Below, in pieces: positions 1 through 8,588 of a stretch of 32,000 nt of DNA. Location of the stretch: positions 1 through 32,000 of the forward strand of contig NZ_QLIR01000011.1 of the NCBI RefSeq assembly GCF_003428155.1. The letters run 5' to 3'. A program made the translations under genes and the position numbers. A model generated the notes under the pieces. It was not told where the DNA came from. It saw only the letters and a program-made list of their open reading frames with translations, and made no database searches. The DNA is from Fastidiosibacter lacustris (GTDB lineage: Bacteria; Pseudomonadota; Gammaproteobacteria; Francisellales; Francisellaceae). The first letter of the stretch is position 1, and each line of letters starts with the position of its first letter.

Positions 1-450
1 TTCATTGGTTATTTTGTGCAAATAACCGTGTTTATCATATTGATATCTCATCACAGTATCACTGCTGTTGTAAGGCGCTTGAACCGTAGCGGGAATAAAA
101 TGCTGATCATTCAGATACGTATAACGCCATTGTCTTGTATTGCTTTTATCAGCAGCGTTTACGGTGCTTATGTTTAACAGTCTGTTGTGATTGTCATACT
201 CAAACGAGGTGACTAAGCCATTGACTTCATTAGTGATCAATTGAGGCAGTTCAGCTTCAGTAAACTGATAGCTGATCTTCAAAGCATCCTCATCAGTGCA
301 TTGTTGACTAAAGAAAGGTTTATTAGCACAGGTATTACCACTATCCCCACCAGCATATCCCAATGAGGTCCATAACGTGCAAACTGATAGTAAATAAACT
401 AAATAAAAAAGTGTCGCTTGAAGATACTTTAGAACAACACTTTTAATCAT
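1..450 (-). CDS. RHS/YD-repeat family protein, N-terminal part (gene continues beyond window start)
   Basis: Absent from the ORF track because it runs off the window. My own minus-strand translation from ATG (450-448), with AAGGAA 7 nt upstream, gives MIKSVVLKYLQATLFYLVYLLSVCTLWTSLGYAGG... A hydrophobic signal-like N-terminus is followed by three YD-type repeats (TSFEYDNHNRLLNIS, WRYTYLNDQHF, MRYQYDKHGYLHKITNE). Confidence 0.55.
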   Translation of the reverse strand, partial: MIKSVVLKYLQATLFYLVYLLSVCTLWTSLGYAGGDSGNTCANKPFFSQQCTDEDALKISYQFTEAELPQLITNEVNGLVTSFEYDNHNRLLNISTVNAADKSNTRQWRYTYLNDQHFIPATVQAPYNSSDTVMRYQYDKHGYLHKITNE

Positions 451-649
451 CTAAGGTTTCCTTACATTCACTTTACCTCAAATACAGATGGTATCTTAAA
501 ATTCCAGTATCGCTGTAATGCTTTGTTGTAAAGAGTTGTTCGGTTGTGTTTCTCCAATCTCAAAACATAAAGGAACTAAATCTCAATCGATGATAACTTA
601 GTAAACGCTATCATAATTTTCTATTTTTTATGACTTTATTTTGCTTTTA

Positions 650-724
650 TGGTGTCCCGAGCAGGAATCGAACCTGCATTTAGCCCTTAGGAGGGGCTTG
701 TTCTATCCGTTAAACTATCGGAAC
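650..724 (-). tRNA. tRNA-Arg (anticodon CCU)
   Basis: The reverse complement GTTCCGATAGTTTAACGGATAGAACAAGCCCCTCCTAAGGGCTAAATGCAGGTTCGATTCCTGCTCGGGACACCA folds as a 75-nt cloverleaf. It has a 7-bp acceptor stem (one G-U), a D-loop with GG, anticodon stem AGCCC/GGGCT with loop CTCCTAA (anticodon CCT), a T-arm GCAGG-TTCGATT-CCTGC, and an encoded CCA. Confidence 0.9.
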
Positions 725-783
725 ACGGCGCTAAATAATGCACGAAAATAGATGTTTATTCAAGTTCAGTTTCTGGTACAGAG

Positions 784-1054
784 TCAATTTTTTGTAGCTT
801 GATTAACCGTGACAGACAGGGGTAACTTGTCTTTCAGGTAGGTGATAAGGGCTTTTACCACATTTTCATCTATGGTTTCTACCACCTCACCATTGACATC
901 TATTTTATCAAGAGTGACTAGACGCTCCAGCTCATTGGTGATTTATTTTGTCCAAAAAATCGTAGTTATCGTATTGATCGCTAATCACTATGGACTTAAG
1001 GATTATTTTTGGAATCTCAAAATAAACTTGGGTCTGACTATAAGTGTATACATC
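784..1054 (-). pseudogene. Frameshifted relic of a YD-repeat (RHS-like) coding segment
   Basis: The minus strand translates to ...VYTYSQTQVYFEIPKIILKSIVISDQYDNYDFLDKINHQ*. After a frame change it continues ITNELERLVTLDKIDVNGEVVETIDENVV...ATKN*. This parallels RYTYLNDQHFIPATV...MRYQYDKHGYLHKITNE of the gene at 1-450. Plus-strand 1-60 and 930-993 align at roughly three-quarters identity by eye, apart from a 4-nt insertion (gatt) that causes the frameshift. There is no start codon or SD. Confidence 0.35.
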
Positions 1055-1056
1055 TG

Positions 1057-2715
1057 TTATTTTGACCACGTATCTTTTAAGCTAACAATTTGATTAAAGA
1101 TCAGATGCTGATCGTTATGATCATAACGATCAGCACAGAAGTAACCTAAACGATTAAACTGAAAGCGTGTTTCAGGCGCCACGTCGGATAAGGATTTTTC
1201 AAGTTTAGCATTTTTAATGGTATTTAAAGAACTTGGGTTTAGTCCATCTTCTAAGTTATCCAGTCCACCAGGATTTTCACAGTTAAACAAACGATCATAT
1301 TGTCTTATTTCAGCATTGATACAGTTGTTTGCATCTACCCAATGTACTATGCATTCAGGTTTTTTGCCATCGGTAGGTTTCTGTCCACCTAGCGTTTCAG
1401 GAAGATAGTAGCATTTTAGTTTGGTGATGTTTCCTTTATCATCTCTCTCTAGCCCATAACATTCAATAACATAGGCGTTTAATAAACGAGCACGTCCATT
1501 TAAGCTGAGTCGTTTATGACCTTTTTCTAAAACATCCATAAAGTCATTTTGTTCAATATAAATTTGATTTGAAATACTGATATCTCTACGTCCAAAATCG
1601 GGATTCTGTGGATGATTAGGAACGTTAAGGAGTTCATGATTTAGGTTATCAATTTCAACGAGTAGGGGATACAAAACAACGTTTCGCCTTGGGGTAATTT
1701 GATTTAAATCATCTCGAATCACCTCTTCAAAAAGACTAAAATCGGTGAGGGAGTCTTGCTTAGAAATGCCAACAAGTTCAACTAATCTACGAATGGCAGA
1801 AGGCGTGACGCCTCTTCTGCGAAGCCCACAAATAGTAGGCATCCTTGGGTCATCCCAACCATGGACAAGCTGATTCTCAACGAGGTATTTAAGTTTTCGT
1901 TTACTGGTGATCGTGTAGTTTAGATTTAAGCGTGAAAACTCAATTTGCTGAGGCTTACATGTGAAGCCACATTTTTCAACTATCCAGTCATAAAGTGGGC
2001 GATGATCTTGAAATTCAAGTGTGCACAATGAATGAGTGATACTTTCAAGAGCATCTGATGCGGCGTGAGCAAAGTCGTACATTGGGTAAATACACCAAAG
2101 CTCTTCAGTATGAGGATGAGTAACTTTTTTGATCCGATAGAGTGTAGGATCGCGCATATTAATATTCCCTGAAGTCATATCTATTTTTGCACGCAAAGTA
2201 CAGCTGCCTTCATTGAACTCACCATTACGCATTTTTTGAAATTTTTGTAAATTTTCTTCAATAGATCGAGTGCGATAAGGACTGTCTACACCTTTTTCAG
2301 TGAGCGTACCTCGATAGCTTTTGACTTCATCAGCACTTAAGTCACAGACATAAGCATCTCCATTTTTAATGAGTTTAAGAGCTAACTCGTAAAGCGTTTC
2401 AAAGTAATCAGAGGCATAAAATAACTTGTCGTGCCAATCAAATCCTAGCCATTTTACATCTTCTTGGATGGCATGTACAAATTCAGCTTCTTCGTTAGCA
2501 GGGTTAGTGTCATCAAAGCGCAGATGACAAGGTCCGCGCTGATAAGCTTGCGCTAAGCCAAAATTCAAGCAAATGGATTTTGCATGTCCTATATGTAGGT
2601 AACCATTAGGCTCAGGTGGAAAACGGGTAACGACTTTACCCTTGTTTTTATTATGTTTAATGTCTTCATCAATAATATTGCGTATAAAGTTAGTCTTATG
2701 TGCAATGTCAGCCAT
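1057..2715 (-). CDS. glnS: Glutamine--tRNA ligase
   Basis: ORF 1057..2781. N-terminus MADIAHKTNFIRNIIDEDI...TRFPPEPNGYLHIGHAKS contains the class I HIGH motif and resembles E. coli GlnS from its first residues. I therefore place the start at ATG 2715 rather than GTG 2781. Confidence 0.95.
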   Translation of the reverse strand: MADIAHKTNFIRNIIDEDIKHNKNKGKVVTRFPPEPNGYLHIGHAKSICLNFGLAQAYQRGPCHLRFDDTNPANEEAEFVHAIQEDVKWLGFDWHDKLFYASDYFETLYELALKLIKNGDAYVCDLSADEVKSYRGTLTEKGVDSPYRTRSIEENLQKFQKMRNGEFNEGSCTLRAKIDMTSGNINMRDPTLYRIKKVTHPHTEELWCIYPMYDFAHAASDALESITHSLCTLEFQDHRPLYDWIVEKCGFTCKPQQIEFSRLNLNYTITSKRKLKYLVENQLVHGWDDPRMPTICGLRRRGVTPSAIRRLVELVGISKQDSLTDFSLFEEVIRDDLNQITPRRNVVLYPLLVEIDNLNHELLNVPNHPQNPDFGRRDISISNQIYIEQNDFMDVLEKGHKRLSLNGRARLLNAYVIECYGLERDDKGNITKLKCYYLPETLGGQKPTDGKKPECIVHWVDANNCINAEIRQYDRLFNCENPGGLDNLEDGLNPSSLNTIKNAKLEKSLSDVAPETRFQFNRLGYFCADRYDHNDQHLIFNQIVSLKDTWSK

Positions 2716-2887
2716 AAAGCACTCGCGTTTTGTTTTTAACACCACATTGTAAAGTGCTTTAATAGCGAGCTCAATAGTCACAACGATAAAGGAAATAAAA
2801 ATTCAATAAAGTTAGCTATATTAGGTTGTTCATACTGCTTAAGCATATTATTATATTTGTGCTAGAACCAATGGAGAATCTACAAAC

Positions 2888-4507
2888 ATGTTGCTTGATC
2901 AGTTAAAAAAGTATCAAATTAATGAAACTAAAGAAATTTTTTACAATCTTAGTTATCAAGATTTGTATAGACACGAGACATCTAAGACTACTCACGGGTA
3001 TGAGAAAGGGATAGAAACTTCAACAGGTGCAGTGACTGTTGATACTGGTGAATACACAGGGCGCTCACCAAAAGATAAATTTATTGTTGAGACTCCAGAA
3101 GCAAAAGAAAATGTATGGTGGGCAAAAGATGGCTCAGATAATAAACCTTTATCTGCCAAAAGTTGGGAACATTTAAAAACACTTGCAACGAAGCAATTAA
3201 ATGATAAAAAACTCTATGTAATGGATGGTTTTTGTGGTGCCAATTCAGCGACAAGGCTTGCTGTCCGTTTGGTCACAGAAGTAGCATGGATGGCGCATTT
3301 TTTTAAAAATATGTTTATTCGCCCAACAGAAGAAGAGCTTAAAGCGTTTCAGCCAGATTGGACGATTTTGAATGCGTGTAAGACAAAATGTGAAGATTAT
3401 GAAAAGTGGGGTTTGAATTCTGAAACGTTTGTTGCTTTCAATATTACTGAACGTATGACTTTAATTGGTGGTACATGGTATGGTGGTGAGATCAAAAAAG
3501 GTATTTTTTCAATGATGAATTACTTTTTGCCACTCCAGGGGATTGGCTCTTTCCATTGCTCTGCTAATGTTGGTGATAAAGGCGATTCAGCTTTATTCTT
3601 TGGTTTATCAGGAACAGGTAAGACAACACTATCAGCAGATCCAAAGCGTAAACTCATAGGTGATGATGAACACGGTTGGGATGACGATGGCATTTTTAAC
3701 CTTGAGGGTGGTTGTTATGCCAAAACCATTAATCTATCTAAGGAGAATGAGCCTGATATTTATCACGCCATTCGTCGTGATGCGTTGTTGGAAAATGTTG
3801 TATTAAATATAGATAAAACAATTGATTTTTCTTCAAGTGTCAAGACAGAAAACACACGTGTATCGTATCCGATTTACCATATCAATAATATTGTTAAACC
3901 TGTTTCAAAAGCAAGACATCCAACTAAAATTATTTTCTTAACCTGTGATGCTTATGGTGTGTTACCACCTGTATCTAAGCTTTCAATTGAGCAAGCGATG
4001 TACCAGTTTTTATCAGGTTATACAGCAAAAGTAGCGGGAACTGAGCTAGGTGTCAAAGAACCAACAGCAGTTTTCTCATCGTGTTTTGGTCAGCCATTTT
4101 TATTGTTGCACCCAACTCGATATGCTGAGATTTTGGGCAAAAAAATGCTCGTGCATGGTGCGAGTGCATACCTTGTAAATACAGGTTGGACTGGTGGTGG
4201 TTATGGCAAGGGGCATCGTATTTCAATTAAAGATATGCGTGCAATTATTGATGCTATATTGGATGGATCGATTGATCATGCACCACTAAAAAAAGATGTG
4301 GTTTTTGACTTTGAGATTCCACAAGCTTTGCATGATGTTGATAGTAATATTTTAAATCCACGTAACACTTGGAAAGACAAAGAGGCTTACGATGTGCAAT
4401 ATCAGAAGTTAGCGGCGATGTTTGTTAAAAATTTTAAAAAATTCACTAACAATCTACTAGGGAAAAAATATGAGGAATATGGCCCAAAGTGTGACGCCTT
4501 GGTTTAG
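2888..4507 (+). CDS. pckA: Phosphoenolpyruvate carboxykinase (ATP)
   Basis: 539 aa, the same length class as E. coli PckA. Kinase-1a motif [11 protein letters not shown], then IGDDEHGW and [13 protein letters not shown] lies 9 nt upstream of the ATG. Confidence 0.95.
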   Translation: MLLDQLKKYQINETKEIFYNLSYQDLYRHETSKTTHGYEKGIETSTGAVTVDTGEYTGRSPKDKFIVETPEAKENVWWAKDGSDNKPLSAKSWEHLKTLATKQLNDKKLYVMDGFCGANSATRLAVRLVTEVAWMAHFFKNMFIRPTEEELKAFQPDWTILNACKTKCEDYEKWGLNSETFVAFNITERMTLIGGTWYGGEIKKGIFSMMNYFLPLQGIGSFHCSANVGDKGDSALFFGLSGTGKTTLSADPKRKLIGDDEHGWDDDGIFNLEGGCYAKTINLSKENEPDIYHAIRRDALLENVVLNIDKTIDFSSSVKTENTRVSYPIYHINNIVKPVSKARHPTKIIFLTCDAYGVLPPVSKLSIEQAMYQFLSGYTAKVAGTELGVKEPTAVFSSCFGQPFLLLHPTRYAEILGKKMLVHGASAYLVNTGWTGGGYGKGHRISIKDMRAIIDAILDGSIDHAPLKKDVVFDFEIPQALHDVDSNILNPRNTWKDKEAYDVQYQKLAAMFVKNFKKFTNNLLGKKYEEYGPKCDALV

Positions 4508-4674
4508 TTGATAAACTTAAGGCTTTAAAATAAAAACATGTTAAATATGAAATTTTCTTTCCTATAGTCATAGCGAACTTAAAAAACTTATTTGATTTTC
4601 ATATTTTTTCTAACTCATTGTTTTTCTATGATATATTTACCGACCTTATCAAAGATAAGTATTTCTCCTAATTT

Positions 4675-5874
4675 ATGAAAAAAGATGTCTTAGTGATTGG
4701 GGCAGGAGCCTCGGGCTTAATGTGTGCAATTGAAGCAGCAAAGCGTGGGCGCAAGGTCATTGTGATTGATCATGCCAATAAGGTTGGTAAAAAAATTTTA
4801 ATGTCAGGTGGCGGGCGTTGTAATTTCACCAATTACTATGTTGAACCTGCACGTTTTTTATCACAAAATCCGCATTTTTGTAAATCTGCGCTTAATCGCT
4901 ATACACAGTGGGATTTTGTTGCACTTGTTGACAAGTACCAGTTGCAATATCATGAAAAAACATTGGGGCAGTTATTTTGTAACGGTAAGTCTTCAGAAAT
5001 TATTGAGATTTTGCTTTCTGAATGTAAAAAATATGCAGTTGAGATAGAGCTCAACACTGAAATAGATGCAATTGAGGAATTAAAATCAAATGAAAAAAAA
5101 CTTACTGAGCGATTTAAAATCAAAACATCAGCACAAGGGTATATTGTAGAGTCACTTGTTATCGCAACAGGTGGCTTATCAATTCCCACTATGGGGGCAA
5201 CGGGGTTGGGTTATCAAATCGCTAAAGACTTTGGAATAAGAGTATTACCTACATCAGCTGCTTTAGTACCTTTTGTTTTATCAGAAAAAGATAAAAAACG
5301 TTATGCCACACTTTCAGGTATTTCAGTGTTTGTAGAAGTAGAATGTCGTAATCAGTCTTTTCGTGAGAATATACTTTTTACCCATAGGGGTTTAAGTGGT
5401 CCTGCGATGTTGCAAATTTCTTCTTTTTGGCAGTTAGGAGACATTTTGCATATTAATCTTGTTCCAGATGCTCCTGAGTTGGCAGCATATCTTGTGCAAG
5501 GGCAACATAAAAATGGTTCAATTAAGCTCAAAACTTTATTGGAAGAACTGCTACCTAAGCGTTTACTCAATGTGTTTTTAAATGAAACTATGCTAAACAG
5601 TAACATTGCAGAGCTTGCAACAAACAATCTGCTAGAGGTAGCAAATATATTGCAAAACTGGCAAATTAGACCATGTAGTACAGAGGGCTATCGAACAGCA
5701 GAAGTCACCAAAGGCGGTGTGCATTGTGATGAGCTATCATCCAAAACTTTTGAGAGTAAAAAAGTTAAAGGGTTGTATTTTATCGGAGAGGTGATAGATG
5801 TGACGGGCTGGTTAGGTGGATATAACTTTCAATGGGCATGGGCTTCTGGTTGGGCGGCAGGGCAAATTGTTTGA
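4675..5874 (+). CDS. NAD(P)/FAD-dependent oxidoreductase, BaiN/YhiN (HI0933-like) family
   Basis: N-terminal Rossmann motif VLVIGAGASGLMCA, followed by the family-typical KILMSGGGRCNFTN and a C-terminal GEVIDVTGWLGGYNFQWAWASG. Confidence 0.85.
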   Translation: MKKDVLVIGAGASGLMCAIEAAKRGRKVIVIDHANKVGKKILMSGGGRCNFTNYYVEPARFLSQNPHFCKSALNRYTQWDFVALVDKYQLQYHEKTLGQLFCNGKSSEIIEILLSECKKYAVEIELNTEIDAIEELKSNEKKLTERFKIKTSAQGYIVESLVIATGGLSIPTMGATGLGYQIAKDFGIRVLPTSAALVPFVLSEKDKKRYATLSGISVFVEVECRNQSFRENILFTHRGLSGPAMLQISSFWQLGDILHINLVPDAPELAAYLVQGQHKNGSIKLKTLLEELLPKRLLNVFLNETMLNSNIAELATNNLLEVANILQNWQIRPCSTEGYRTAEVTKGGVHCDELSSKTFESKKVKGLYFIGEVIDVTGWLGGYNFQWAWASGWAAGQIV

Positions 5875-6050
5875 CCTGGTACTTGCTGCAAAAATTATAT
5901 TAACTGTAAATGTTTGTTTTAATGTTGAATATTGTTATATATTTACAGAAGCTAAAAATAACGTTATATTCTCACGCTGTACGGGATGGCTTAGGCAAAA
6001 TAACGCTTTAATTTCAACTCAGTTTATGTGAACAAATAAAGGGCAGAACA

Positions 6051-7553
6051 ATGAGTACAGGATATATACCCAAAAAATCGGGCGTTTCACTTGTAAGTGC
6101 AACGTTATTAAGTGCAACGTGTATGGTTGGTTCAGGTTGGCTTTTTAGTGCTCAATTAACAGCGAGAATTGCGGGAAATTGGGCATTTGTTGCGTGGATA
6201 TTAGCGGCTATTTTAGTATTATTTGTTGGACTTTGCTTGTCTAAAGTTGTATCTGTTTATCCTGTAAGAGGGGCAACAACCCGATCAAGTGCATTGTCAC
6301 ACAATGGTATTTTTGGGATGCCGTTTGCCTTTGCAAACTGGTTTGGAGTTATGGTAGTCATTGCAACAGAAGCACAAGCAACGACTCAATATCTATCTGC
6401 TGCTATTGGTTCTGAGGTGTTAATGCAAAATCATGCTTTAACGTACGGTGGTAAGTTTCTAGCATTAGGCATTTTATTTTTATATTTAGTTGTGAATTTT
6501 TATGGGATTAAGCTTTTAGCACGTGTCAACAATATTATTACGGTGTTTAAAATATTTATACCTCTTTTTGTAATTACAGTATTTTTAATTGCAGGCTTTG
6601 ATCACACAGGCGCTGTAAACAACTTTGATTTGACGACAAATGGTGATTATGGCTTTAGTAGTGCAGTGGTAGCTATCATTAGTGCTGGCTTAATTTACTC
6701 ATTCAATGGTTTTCAGATTAGTGTATCCTTTGCAAGTGAAATTAAAAATCCCAAACGTAATGTCCCTTTATCAATTATACTATCGGTATTTATTATTTTA
6801 ATTGTTTATATGGGCCTGCAATATGCCTTTATGACAGCGGTTCCCCATGATTTATTGGTTAAAAATGGTGGTTGGCAAGGAATGAATTTTTCATCGCCAT
6901 TATTAAATCTTGCAATGCTATTGGGATTAAATTTCTTAGCGTTGTTGTTGTTAGCAGATAGTGTAGTGAGTCCCTCTGGCACTGGTTACACTTATTTGGG
7001 TGCATCATCTCGTATGCTTTATGCAATGTCAGCTGAAGGGCAAATGCCACGTTGGATTGCAAAACTTGATCCGATCTATAATTTCTCCAAGCGGTCAATG
7101 ATGATTAATTGGATTTTAGCAGCTATTGTGTTGTTTAATGCTGAAAGTTGGGCGGCTTTAATGGTGATTGTAACTGGTTATCACGTTATTGGCTATATGG
7201 CAGCACCAATTAGCATGGGTGCTATTGCACCTAAAACGCGTTGGGCAGGTTTGGTGGTGTTTATTCTGTTAGGACTCATTATGCTGACGATTCCAGCGGG
7301 TGACTTGTTAATGGTTAATTTGTCATTAACAATATTGTTGGCGATCTATGCTGTTGTGCAACGAAAAGTGGGTGTGCAAAAATTGCTATTATTTATTATT
7401 CCGTTTATTGCATACTTATGGCTATTGTATATTGTGCCACATATTTGGTTTGTTGCTATTATTTCAGCTGTTTTCTATATTTTAATCACCACAAAGTCTT
7501 ACGTTGCTTTATGTAAAGAACATAGTGATGAGACTCGCGTGATTGAAGACTAA
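6051..7553 (+). CDS. APC-superfamily amino acid permease
   Basis: 500 aa, strongly hydrophobic with roughly 12 predicted helices. Start of TM1 (GSGWLF) is typical of amino acid/polyamine permeases. The substrate cannot be inferred. Confidence 0.75.
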   Translation: MSTGYIPKKSGVSLVSATLLSATCMVGSGWLFSAQLTARIAGNWAFVAWILAAILVLFVGLCLSKVVSVYPVRGATTRSSALSHNGIFGMPFAFANWFGVMVVIATEAQATTQYLSAAIGSEVLMQNHALTYGGKFLALGILFLYLVVNFYGIKLLARVNNIITVFKIFIPLFVITVFLIAGFDHTGAVNNFDLTTNGDYGFSSAVVAIISAGLIYSFNGFQISVSFASEIKNPKRNVPLSIILSVFIILIVYMGLQYAFMTAVPHDLLVKNGGWQGMNFSSPLLNLAMLLGLNFLALLLLADSVVSPSGTGYTYLGASSRMLYAMSAEGQMPRWIAKLDPIYNFSKRSMMINWILAAIVLFNAESWAALMVIVTGYHVIGYMAAPISMGAIAPKTRWAGLVVFILLGLIMLTIPAGDLLMVNLSLTILLAIYAVVQRKVGVQKLLLFIIPFIAYLWLLYIVPHIWFVAIISAVFYILITTKSYVALCKEHSDETRVIED

Positions 7554-7762
7554 GTATAGCATCGTATATACTTGTCAGATTTAAAATTTTGCTATCTAAA
7601 CTTGAAAAAACCCTATCTAGCTGTCATTCTTTAGATGGTGAATTCAAATGCTTGAGTACGAACTGTTTTGTGATTTTTGTGCTAAAAGTGTGCAAAATTT
7701 AAAAATCAGGAAGTTTGTAAAATAGTTTATGATGAAAATCACAAGATAGGAGTCTTGTTATT

Positions 7763-8032
7763 ATGGTTAGCGGAAAATTTTTACTGACATTTGATTGGGT
7801 AGTCAACTGTTTGAAATCCTTTAATCAAACCCAGCCAAAAGATAAAAAAATAGCAGAACGATTGCGTTATATCGTTAAGCTTGCAACTGCAAGAGGCTGC
7901 AAGTCGAGCGCTCATTTTTTTGAGCGTTTATGTCAGGTGAGTTTGTCGATTACTGAAATTCGTAAATCAACTAAACATTTAGCAAGTTTTGTTTCTCCTG
8001 ATGAGATGAAAATTTTATTATCGACTGCTTAA
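7763..8032 (+). CDS. Hypothetical small basic protein
   Basis: 89-aa ORF with TAGGAG 10 nt upstream of the ATG. I recognise no family. Its 3' end overlaps the rsfS stop convergently by 4 nt. Confidence 0.3.
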   Translation: MVSGKFLLTFDWVVNCLKSFNQTQPKDKKIAERLRYIVKLATARGCKSSAHFFERLCQVSLSITEIRKSTKHLASFVSPDEMKILLSTA

Positions 8033-8373
8033 CTTGCTTTTGATGAGTTGGGTTTAATATCCCATAGTTTCTCAAGTTGATAGAAATTTCTCGTCTCTTC
8101 GCGCATAACGTGAACGACAATATCTGCTAAGTCGATTAAAATCCAGTCGCTTTTTGCCTCTCCTTCAACCCCTAGAATCTTAATGTTATGTTTTTTAGCC
8201 ATCATCTCTAAATGACTGGCTAAAGCTTTAGCATGTGTACCCGAATTAGCTGTACAAACAACAACGTAATTCATCAATTCGGTCAAATGGGTAACGTTCA
8301 TGACGTTGATGTTTTCTGCTTTAATGTCTTCTAAGGCATTTATAGTTAAATCAAGAATTTTTTTTGCTTCCAT
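8029..8373 (-). CDS. rsfS: Ribosome silencing factor RsfS (iojap/YbeB)
   Basis: 114 aa. The stretch ...VVCTANSGTHAKALASHL...LGVEGEAKSDWILIDLADIVVHVMREETRNFYQLEKLW is collinear with E. coli RsfS. Confidence 0.9.
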   Translation of the reverse strand: MEAKKILDLTINALEDIKAENINVMNVTHLTELMNYVVVCTANSGTHAKALASHLEMMAKKHNIKILGVEGEAKSDWILIDLADIVVHVMREETRNFYQLEKLWDIKPNSSKAS

Positions 8374-8588
8374 TGTTGAAGTGATCGTAAAGTTACTTAA
8401 GTTTAAAGCGTAACAGTTTAGTATAAGTTAAAAAGACAAGCAAGTGCTATGTGATTGGTGATATTTTCGTTACAATGCAATCAAAAGAGGAGTTTAGGAG
8501 TTGCTTGGCAATATTTAAAACTGTTAATTGCAATTCTGCGTTTAAAGTTTTGTAGTGAATGTTAATAAAAATGCTCAGCAAAAAGTAA

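Noticed and set aside
842-1093. 83-aa plus-strand ORF (GTG start) between tRNA-Arg and glnS
   Set aside because: It has no SD and a low-complexity S/T/I-rich sequence. It lies antisense to the YD-repeat relic and runs into the glnS 3' end. The opposite strand explains the region better.
2715-2761. 9-bp inverted repeat (taaagcact ... agtgcttta) spanning the glnS start codon and 5' UTR
   Set aside because: It is an AU-rich stem with a 29-nt loop, so it is thermodynamically weak and could arise by chance in AT-rich DNA. Nothing supports a regulatory role.
2716-2781. 22-codon N-terminal extension of glnS from GTG 2781
   Set aside because: GlnS homology starts at MADIAHKTNFIRNIIDEDI (ATG 2715), which matches the E. 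coli N-terminus length. No SD precedes the GTG.
4808-7098. Short ORFs inside or antisense to the flavoprotein and permease genes (4808-5047, 4950-5189, 5352-5627, 5816-6031, 6859-7098)
   Set aside because: They are embedded in or overlap well-supported CDSs and lack SD sites and family resemblance.
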